Position numbers and translations under genes: made by a program. The notes beneath the pieces are model-generated. The model did not search any database, was not told the DNA's origin, and saw only the letters and a program-made list of their open reading frames with translations. Shown one piece after another: positions 56,524 to 64,000 of a stretch of DNA of 64,000 nt. Location: assembly GCA_963812015.1 (NCBI GenBank), contig CAWETI010000002.1, positions 736,001 to 800,000 on the forward strand. Reading direction: 5' to 3'. Each line of letters starts with the position of its first letter. Positions within the stretch are counted from its first letter, which is position 1. This DNA comes from an uncultured delta proteobacterium. Its GTDB lineage: Bacteria; Desulfobacterota; Desulfobaccia; Desulfobaccales; 0-14-0-80-60-11.

Positions 56524-59500
56524 ATGCCTGCGATGTCCTGGAAAGGTGTTCAGTCCTGTAAGATTGGGCGTATTATTTTTAGAGCTGTCACTTATCTGTT
56601 GATAATCACTCTCGGTGTCAGCTATTCATCTGCCCACGCCCAAACCCTGACTCCGGCTCTGGTTTTCTCCACCTATCTGGGAGGAACGGCTGGCTCCAAT
56701 CCGCTTACTTTCGCCCAAAACGTCGCTTGCGACGCACTGGGGAATATCTACGTGACCGGCGCCACCCAGGCCACGAACCTTCCCGTCCTGAACGCCTACC
56801 AACCGACCCCGGCGGCAGGCAGCACGGAGTCGGCGTTCGTGGCGAAGTACAATTCGGCCGGCCAGCTGCTTTGGTGCACCTACCTGGGTGGCAATAATCA
56901 AAGCATGGGCATTGGGGTGGCGGCCATGCCGGACGGCGGCGTGGCGGTCGTCGGCCTTACCACTTCGAATGCGTCGTTCCCCATCACTTCGAACGCTTTT
57001 CAGTCGAAGAACAACGGACAGTCGGATTACTTCGTGACCGTATTTAATGCGCAGGGCAAACTCGAATACTCGACGTACCTGGGTGGGAGCGGCGTGGAGG
57101 GCGCGGTGGGGGCAACAGGTTTTACCGACGATAGCAACCCCGGCAACTGTATTGCGGTGGATGCAAGCGGTCGGATCTATGTTGGCGGCATAACCACTTC
57201 CGGTGGCGGCAGCGGACAGACTAAATTCCCGCTGACGTCCAATGCCTATCAGAAAAATCTTGCCGGCTCGACCAACGCCTCCCTGAGCATCATCGACCCT
57301 AACCAGAGCGGCGGCGCCTCGTTGGTTTACTCCAGCTTTCTGGGCGGGGACCACGATAGCCAAGGGCACAGCGTCGCGGTGGACCCCTCCGGCCAGTACA
57401 TTGCCGTGGGCGGCTTTACCACCTCTTTGAACTTCCCCACCACCAGCAACGCCTACCGGAGTACTGCCCCGCCTGGTGGCTTTGGCCCCAATTCAAGCAA
57501 CGGCTTTATCACCGAATTCCAATCAACCCAGCCCGGTTCCCCGTCCTCCACATACAGCATGCGCTACTCCACCTACCTGGGGGCAAACTCGAGCACCGCC
57601 CGAGATGACGTCTACGGCATGACCATGACGCCATCGGGGCTCATCGTGGCCACGGGCCGGACGCAGTCGGCGGGCTTTCCCATGACCACGGGAGGCCCCA
57701 CCATCTTCAATTCCGCCCCCTATCTCCAGGAGGGAGTGTCTGGAGATGAGCCCTACGTCGTGAAGATCAACCCTGCCTTGAATGGCACCGCCTCCCTCGT
57801 CTACTCCACCTTCCTGGGAGGCGGATGTAAAAGCGGCAAGTGGGGCAGTTGGTCCACCAGCGTGGCCGTCGATGCCCGGGGCGCGGTCTATGTAGCCGGG
57901 GAGACCGGGCCCAACACCCAAGGCGCCCCATATGTGCCTTCCAACCTGACGGCGCCCCAGAAGTTTCCTTTCACCCCCAACGCCTTCCAAAAGGCGCCCC
58001 AGGGGAGCGAAGACGCCTTGCTCATGCAAATCAACCCAAGCGGCGACTCCCTGGGCTACTCTACCTACCTCGGCGGGACACTCAGTGACCGCACCTACGG
58101 ACTGGCCGTCGATCCCGACGGCAACGTCGTCATGACAGGTCTCACCTTTTCCAGCGATTTTCCGTTACAAAATGCGGCGCAAAACTATCCGGGCAACAAC
58201 GGGTATCAAAACGCCTTTGTGACCGAATTCTCGCCGTTATACACTCCTAATAATTTGATAACAGACTACGGCGCCACCTATACGGTGACCGGAGACATCA
58301 CCTATGATAATGACTATATTGGCCAGAACAGCACCGGCGCGCTGATCCAGGGGGATTTCACCAACACGGTGAACAATAATCTTGAATTAGGCCAAAACGC
58401 CGGGGCCAGCGGCAGCTATAACTTGAGCGGCGGCAGCCTGTCGGTGGCCGGAAATGAGTACGTCGGCTACTCCGGCACCGGCGCCTTCACCCAAACCGGC
58501 GGTACTCACACGGTGACCGGCATCCTGATGCTGGGGGCCAATGCCGGCAGCAGCGGCACCTACTCGCTGAGCGGCGGCAGCCTCACGGTGGGAGACTATG
58601 AAGCCGTGGGCTTCTGCGGCACCGGCTCCTTCACCCAGAGCGGCGGCACCCATACGGTGACCGCCCTGTATCTGGGCACCGAAGCCGGGGCCAGCGGTTC
58701 CTATACCCTGAGCGACTCCGGTAGCGGCAGCCTTCTCTCGGTGACCGGAAATGAGTTTATCGGCTACTCCGGCGCCGGCACCTTCACCCAGACGGGCGGC
58801 AGCAATACCGTGGGCAGTAACTTCTTTGTCGGCACCCAGGGCGGCACCGGCTCCTATAGCCTGAGCGGCGGCAGCCTCACGGTATCCGGCGACCTCTACC
58901 TGGGTAACAGCGCCGGGGCCAGCGGCAGCTATAACCTCAGCGGCGGCAGCCTATCGGTGGGAGGCAATGAATATGTCGGCAACTCCGGCACCGGCACCTT
59001 CACCCAGACCGGAGGCAGCCATACGGTGACCGGCACTTTGTCCATCGCTGATCAGTCAGGTAGCAGCGGCACCTACAACCTCCAGGGGGGCAGCTTGACC
59101 GCCCCAACCTTCCAGGTGAACTCGAGCGGCATCTTCAATTATAGCGGCGGCACCTTTACGGGTCGATTAGTCAATTACGGCACGGTAAACTTTAACGCCG
59201 ACTTCACCGCCAGCGACGGGCTGGCTAACTACTCTGCCACTCCTCTCAGCATCAACGCCGGCCGCACCGTCACCTTGAACGGCTCGGGACTGGACAACGA
59301 AGCGACCCTGGTAGTAAACGGCACCCTGGCAGGCATTGGCCCCCTGGTCAACAACACCACCGGTACGCTGAGCGGTACTGGCACCATCCAGGGGAACCTC
59401 ACCAACCAGGGTACGCTCTCACCCGGGAACTCCCCCGGCACCTTGACCATCAATGGCAACTACACCCAGACCGCCGCCGGCACCCTGTTGGAGCAGATCG

Positions 59501-60975
59501 CCTCGGCCAGCAGCTACAGCAAGCTGGCGGTCAGCGGCACCGCCAGCCTGGCCGGTGCCGTGGCTCCGGTGTTGTTGGGTGGCTATCGCCCGAAAGCCTT
59601 CACGGTGTTCCCCGATATTATCACCACCACTGGCGGACTGACAGGAACATTCAGCAGCGTGACTCAGCCTGCGGGCCCCACCTTGATCTGGCAACCCTAC
59701 TATGACAACTCCAGCTTCGGCCTGACGGTCCAGCGGGATTATGCCAACCAGTGGTTGGGGCTCAATTCGAACCAGCAGCAGGTTGGCCTTATGCTCAATA
59801 GCGTGGCAGCCACCACTACCGGCGACTTGGGCGCCGTCCTGACCGCCATCGATGCCCTGCCGGCCAATTCTGACGTGCAAAATGCCTACAAGCAGATTTC
59901 CCCGGAGAAGGCCGGGGCCCTGGCTAACTTGGGTTTTGTCGCCGCCACCTTCCAGATGCGCAATCTGGCCACCCGGACCACTAACCTCCGGTTGGTTCAG
60001 GGGGAGAGCGGTGGGGGCGGCGGTCTCGCCTCCGGGGGCCTTAGTTGCAACTACTCCAAGCTGGATGGTGTGATGCTGGCTTATAACGGCGCCTCCCTCT
60101 CCAATCTCTTCAGCGCCCGCAAGGAGTTGCAGGCCCCGGAGGGCCACTGGGGGCTCTATATGGACGGAGGAGCTGCCTTCGGCAGCCAGACCTCTTCGCT
60201 CAATCAGACGGGTTATAATTTTACCCTGGGCGGCTTTACTGCCGGAGCCGATTACCGGCTGCGGGACAATCTCCTGGTGGGCCTGGCCACGGGCTACAGT
60301 AACACCAGTGCCGGTTTCTACGGCTCCGGGGGCAGTGTTAACACGAATACCATACCCTTTAACGCCTATGCGGCCTATTTCCCCGGATCCCTCTATGCCT
60401 ATGGTTCCCTGGGCTATGCCCTCAACCTCTTTGACCTGAAACGGGGCATAAGTTTTGGCGATATTTCCCGCACCGCCTCAAGTTCCTCTACCGGGAACCA
60501 GTTCAACCTCTATGGCGAGACAGGGTATGACGTCAGAATGAGCCGGTTTATCCTGACCCCTTCCGCCACCTTAGCTTATTCCGCCCTGTGGCTGGGTGGA
60601 TTTACGGAACAGGACGCCGGGTCCCTCAATTTGAAGATAGCCTCCCAGACCGCGGATTCTCTGCAAACCGGCATAGGTGGCCGGCTGACTGTCCCTCTCC
60701 AGGCGGGCTCGGTTAAGGTCGTGCCCCAGGGCTATGCCTTCTATCAGCACGAGTTCGCCAACGGCAGCCGGAACCTGAACGCCAGCCTGAGCCAGGGGAG
60801 CAGCACCTTCAATTTCCAGACCGACGCGACCAAGCGGAACTATGCCTTGGTGGGAGCCAGCATCACTGCAGGGCTCAGGAAAAACCTCTACGCCCAGGTC
60901 AACTTCAACGCCGAAGTGGGCCGCACCGGCTCCACCGGCCAAGCCATCAACGCCGGCTTACGCTGGGAATTTTAG
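56524..60975 (+). CDS. Autotransporter with SBBP-type beta-propeller repeats and Gly/Ser/Thr-rich passenger repeats
   Basis: Signal region, repeated YSTYLGG / AVD..G.IYV.G.T units, GSYNLSGGSL...GTFTQTGG repeats, SPGNSPGTL, barrel ending LRWEF. Confidence 0.88.
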   Translation: MPAMSWKGVQSCKIGRIIFRAVTYLLIITLGVSYSSAHAQTLTPALVFSTYLGGTAGSNPLTFAQNVACDALGNIYVTGATQATNLPVLNAYQPTPAAGSTESAFVAKYNSAGQLLWCTYLGGNNQSMGIGVAAMPDGGVAVVGLTTSNASFPITSNAFQSKNNGQSDYFVTVFNAQGKLEYSTYLGGSGVEGAVGATGFTDDSNPGNCIAVDASGRIYVGGITTSGGGSGQTKFPLTSNAYQKNLAGSTNASLSIIDPNQSGGASLVYSSFLGGDHDSQGHSVAVDPSGQYIAVGGFTTSLNFPTTSNAYRSTAPPGGFGPNSSNGFITEFQSTQPGSPSSTYSMRYSTYLGANSSTARDDVYGMTMTPSGLIVATGRTQSAGFPMTTGGPTIFNSAPYLQEGVSGDEPYVVKINPALNGTASLVYSTFLGGGCKSGKWGSWSTSVAVDARGAVYVAGETGPNTQGAPYVPSNLTAPQKFPFTPNAFQKAPQGSEDALLMQINPSGDSLGYSTYLGGTLSDRTYGLAVDPDGNVVMTGLTFSSDFPLQNAAQNYPGNNGYQNAFVTEFSPLYTPNNLITDYGATYTVTGDITYDNDYIGQNSTGALIQGDFTNTVNNNLELGQNAGASGSYNLSGGSLSVAGNEYVGYSGTGAFTQTGGTHTVTGILMLGANAGSSGTYSLSGGSLTVGDYEAVGFCGTGSFTQSGGTHTVTALYLGTEAGASGSYTLSDSGSGSLLSVTGNEFIGYSGAGTFTQTGGSNTVGSNFFVGTQGGTGSYSLSGGSLTVSGDLYLGNSAGASGSYNLSGGSLSVGGNEYVGNSGTGTFTQTGGSHTVTGTLSIADQSGSSGTYNLQGGSLTAPTFQVNSSGIFNYSGGTFTGRLVNYGTVNFNADFTASDGLANYSATPLSINAGRTVTLNGSGLDNEATLVVNGTLAGIGPLVNNTTGTLSGTGTIQGNLTNQGTLSPGNSPGTLTINGNYTQTAAGTLLEQIASASSYSKLAVSGTASLAGAVAPVLLGGYRPKAFTVFPDIITTTGGLTGTFSSVTQPAGPTLIWQPYYDNSSFGLTVQRDYANQWLGLNSNQQQVGLMLNSVAATTTGDLGAVLTAIDALPANSDVQNAYKQISPEKAGALANLGFVAATFQMRNLATRTTNLRLVQGESGGGGGLASGGLSCNYSKLDGVMLAYNGASLSNLFSARKELQAPEGHWGLYMDGGAAFGSQTSSLNQTGYNFTLGGFTAGADYRLRDNLLVGLATGYSNTSAGFYGSGGSVNTNTIPFNAYAAYFPGSLYAYGSLGYALNLFDLKRGISFGDISRTASSSSTGNQFNLYGETGYDVRMSRFILTPSATLAYSALWLGGFTEQDAGSLNLKIASQTADSLQTGIGGRLTVPLQAGSVKVVPQGYAFYQHEFANGSRNLNASLSQGSSTFNFQTDATKRNYALVGASITAGLRKNLYAQVNFNAEVGRTGSTGQAINAGLRWEF

Positions 60976-61011
60976 GTCCGGGATAGCGTCGCAAGATAAA
61001 TTGGCTGACTA

Positions 61012-61043
61012 AAGGCCCTTTGGCTCCGGCCAAGGGGCCTTTT
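61012..61043 (+). terminator. Terminator after the autotransporter
   Basis: AAAGGCCCTTTGGC-TCCG-GCCAAGGGGCCTTT followed by T. Confidence 0.75.
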
Positions 61044-61092
61044 GCCTGAGATAGTCCCAATTGTTAAACTCCGCTGTGTAGGTACAACTTCC

Positions 61093-61266
61093 ATGATCAA
61101 GCTCCTCCGTACTCAAAGCAGCTTACGATTGCTCATTTGTCTACTGTTGGCGGGAGCAACCTTGTTGCCTTATATCCAAGTCAAGGACCATGGCTTCAAC
61201 ACTTTTGATGACGACGTGTACGTCACTGAGAATCCCATGGTCCGGGCCGGGCTTATCTGGTATTAA
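61093..61266 (+). pseudogene. N-terminal fragment of a TMTC-like/TPR membrane glycosyltransferase
   Basis: TM helix then HGFNTFDDDVYVTENPMVRAGL, stops after 57 aa. Confidence 0.7.
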
Positions 61267-61503
61267 TACATTCACATCCCCACCATAACCAGAATGTCTC
61301 CATTTAACCTCCCAGAGTCAATACCTGTATATCTCCATCATCCATTTCCGATTAAGATGGCTTCAACCCGATTTTTGGCCGGGGATAAGCCAAAGGGGCA
61401 GGCTCACCCAACGGGACGAGGACGAAAAATCACGGTCTAAGGGCGGAGTATCGTGAAATAGAATAGCAAGTCACTGCTATGGTCCGACACTTATCACGGC
61501 TCC

Positions 61504-61573
61504 AAAAACTTCCTATATCCGGAACATATCCGCAATTTTTCCGGGCGAGGGGATAATTGTCGTAGCTGGCAAG
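61504..61573 (+). repeat. Dispersed repeat family A, copy
   Basis: AAAAACTTCCTATATCCGGAACATATCCGCAATTTTTCCGGGCGAGGGGATAATTG...TGGCAAG. Confidence 0.75.
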
Positions 61574-61677
61574 TAACTCGCTATAAGCTGGAAATAAAAA
61601 AGGCAGGGCCATGGTGACCTGCCCCCATTTCGATCCACTACTCTAAATAATTCGTGGATCAGTTTTTGGGGGGCAGG

Positions 61678-62535
61678 TCACTTTTTGATCACCAACACCG
61701 GACAGGTAGCCTGACCGATGACTCGCTCCGTTACCGAGCCCATGAGAAGTTTTTTTACCCCGGTTCGGCCGTGGCTGCCCATGATGATTATATTCACCTT
61801 ATATCGAAGGGCCTCTTGGACGATGGCGTCATCGGGTTGCATTCCCTGGGGCACCAGACCCTGGACTGGCATCCCCTGCTGGTTGGCGGCGCTTAAGAGC
61901 CGATGCATGATTTCTTTGGCCTGAACTATTTCTCCCTCCCCCCGAGCTACGGAAATAGCATACAGTTCAGCCTGCGTTTCCCGGGCAAGCGCCAGCGCCT
62001 CCCCCCAGGCCGCATCACTGAAAGGGGAGCCGTCGCTGGCCACCAGGAGGGTTCGAAAGGCCATCGTGGCGTTTTGGGGCACCACCAGGACATTAAAGGG
62101 GCTGTAGCCAATGACCTGGGCGGTGGTGCTGCCCATAAACAGCTGGGACAGGCCCGCGTGGCCGAAGCGTCCCATGACGATCAGGTCCGGCTGGATGACC
62201 TCGGCCTCTTCCAGAATGGTGGCATGGGGCCAGCGGCCATAGCGCACCCGAGTCTCTACTGAGACCCCGGCCTTGGCCGAGGCAGCTTTAATCGTCTCCA
62301 GGTAGGAAGAGACTTCTCTCGCCAGCATGGCCCTGGCATCGGGCGCCACGGCCTCAACCTCCGCTCTAACCCTCAGGACATTGACCACGTAAACCTTTTG
62401 CCCGCAGACTTGGGCCAGGGCCAGAGTGGCCTTGATCGCCCCCTGGCTACGCGGGGAGCCATCGGTGCAGAGCAGGAGTTTCTGCCAGCTCGAGGGGCAA
62501 ATAAACGGCTGGGAAGGCCGAGAAAGGTTCACCAT
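61678..62535 (-). CDS. Tandem-domain universal stress protein
   Basis: Two USP domains: TDGS...VMGRFG...MGSTT and SDGS...MGSHGRTG...MGSVT. Confidence 0.92.
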   Translation of the reverse strand: MVNLSRPSQPFICPSSWQKLLLCTDGSPRSQGAIKATLALAQVCGQKVYVVNVLRVRAEVEAVAPDARAMLAREVSSYLETIKAASAKAGVSVETRVRYGRWPHATILEEAEVIQPDLIVMGRFGHAGLSQLFMGSTTAQVIGYSPFNVLVVPQNATMAFRTLLVASDGSPFSDAAWGEALALARETQAELYAISVARGEGEIVQAKEIMHRLLSAANQQGMPVQGLVPQGMQPDDAIVQEALRYKVNIIIMGSHGRTGVKKLLMGSVTERVIGQATCPVLVIKK

Positions 62536-62602
62536 ACTCTATTTTCCTCCATACAAAATACAAAAAAGGCAAAGATCAGGCCCCAAAACAATCCAGGTCT
62601 CA

Positions 62603-63568
62603 TTAAAAATGGTCGAATGGTATCCCCAACAGAAGCCTAACATGGTCCTCCACGCAATCTTCCAGCACCTCTAAGTTGTACCCACCTTCCAGCACTGTGA
62701 TAAGCCGACCTGAGGCTGTCTCCTGTGCCAAGTCCAAGATCAACTGCGCCATGTCCCGGTATCCCTGCCTTGTCACCCTCATTTCGGATAGTGGATCTTT
62801 CTCATGGGCGTCAAACCCCGCAGAGATAAAGACGAGCTGGGGCGCAAACTGCCGCAGCCGGGGCAGTGCCTCGCTCCTCAGGACCTCCAGGTACCCGGAA
62901 TCGCCACTCCGGATCGGAAGAGGTAGGTTCAGGGTAAAACCCTTACCCGCACCTTTGCCCTCTTCTTGGCGGTAGCCGGTGCCCGGGTAGCAATACCGCG
63001 GGTCTCCGTGCAGCGACACGAAAAACACCCGGGGGTCTTCCTCGAACAAGTGCTGGGTGCCGTTGCCGTGATGGACATCCCAATCGATGATGGCCACCCG
63101 CTTCAGACCGTATTTCTCCAGGGCGTATACCGCACCGATGGCCACGTTATTGAAGAAGCAGAACCCCATGGCCCGATTCCTTTCGGCATGGTGCCCTGGG
63201 GGCCTCACGGCACAGAAGGCGTTGTCCACCTGGCCGCCCATCACCGCGTCCACGGCCAACATCACTCCACCAACGGCCAGCAAGGCAGTCTCATACGAGT
63301 CTTTGCTGATGCCGCAGTCCTGCTCCATAAAGATTTGTTTGCCCTGTTCACAGGCCTCTTTAAACTGCTGGATATAGACTCGGTCGTGGAGCCGTTCCAC
63401 CCAGTCCAGCGGGGCGTAGTCGGGTCTGAGGCGTACCAATAGCTCAAGCACGTCGTCCATATCCAGATCGCTCTGGATTGCCTTCAGCCGGGCGAGACGT
63501 TCCGGATGCCCTGAGCCTGGATCATGCAATAGGTAGCGCAGGGCAAAAACGTAGCCAGTACGACGCAT
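62603..63568 (-). CDS. Histone deacetylase family protein (class II/AcuC-like)
   Basis: HPE..RL, RPPGHHA, GFCFFNN, DWDVHHGNGTQ, SAGFDAH, LEGGY; SD AGGAG. Confidence 0.93.
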   Translation of the reverse strand: MRRTGYVFALRYLLHDPGSGHPERLARLKAIQSDLDMDDVLELLVRLRPDYAPLDWVERLHDRVYIQQFKEACEQGKQIFMEQDCGISKDSYETALLAVGGVMLAVDAVMGGQVDNAFCAVRPPGHHAERNRAMGFCFFNNVAIGAVYALEKYGLKRVAIIDWDVHHGNGTQHLFEEDPRVFFVSLHGDPRYCYPGTGYRQEEGKGAGKGFTLNLPLPIRSGDSGYLEVLRSEALPRLRQFAPQLVFISAGFDAHEKDPLSEMRVTRQGYRDMAQLILDLAQETASGRLITVLEGGYNLEVLEDCVEDHVRLLLGIPFDHF

Positions 63569-63867
63569 AGCTATCTCCTGGTTTCCTTGCGTGTCAATAA
63601 TTAAGGCCCGTTTCAGCATAACCCGAAGAGCCAGGTCAGGCAAACCATAGGTATGGCCGAGGATTCTGCAATATTATTCTATCTCTCGCAGCACGAGTGG
63701 GAGCCAAGTCAAGCCAGAGATCGTGGCGTAGTCGTGGCATCACAATGGTAGGATGACCATCACCTCGGCTGGGCTATCGACAGTAGCATACTTCAAGACT
63801 ATTCATGGTTTCGGGTGAGCTGAAGGCTCATGAATGACTGCTATGGCTGAGAACCTATCAAGACCCT

Positions 63868-64000
63868 AAAAACTTCCCATATCCAGAGCATATCAACACC
63901 TTTTACCCTGAGGGATTTCTGCCATTCTCGCCGGTAACCTGGCATTCCCCCAGCACCGACATCTGAAATAATCCTCTCCACAAAGGCCCCCGGAAGATAT
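63868..64000 (+). repeat. Repeat family A: short copy followed by a long copy cut by the window edge
   Basis: AAAAACTTCCCATATCCAGAGCATATC resembles 61504; 63938-64000 aligns with 52651-52712. Confidence 0.7.

Noticed and set aside
47216..64000. Classical integron or CRISPR array
   Set aside because: No intact intI, no convincing RYYYAAC...GTTRRRY attC hairpins, no regularly spaced repeat-spacer units and no cas genes

Overview
GC-rich bacterial chromosome segment from an anaerobe, probably Desulfobacterota/deltaproteobacteria (inferred from gene content and order). 1-9 kb: two diguanylate cyclases, a cobalamin-riboswitch-controlled periplasmic cbiK plus a small gene, a beta-barrel gene behind an apparent attenuator leader, and tRNA-Gln. 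9.4-18.3 kb: Wood-Ljungdahl carbonyl-branch cluster (cooC-acsD-cooS-acsB-acsC-acsE) with a Rex/CRP-type operator. 18.4-22.7 kb: LexA-headed cassette lexA / inactive RadA / small membrane protein / PolB2 partner / PolB2-type DNA polymerase; the polymerase carries an in-frame palindromic repeat insertion. 22.8-46.8 kb: housekeeping genes (aminotransferase, L,D-transpeptidase, DegQ, M16 pair, ftsY, glyQS, tRNA-Val, sppA, in-frame cmk-rpsA, hisC, stand-alone AcsC-like protein, glgC, histidine phosphatase). 47-64 kb: accessory mosaic of single genes and gene fragments (GT-C protein, integrase remnant, divergent thymidylate synthase, UGA-recoded DsbA-like selenoprotein, group II intron 3' remnant, autotransporter, USP, deacetylase) punctuated by two previously unannotated dispersed repeat families. 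All calls come from reading motifs by eye; no database searches were run.
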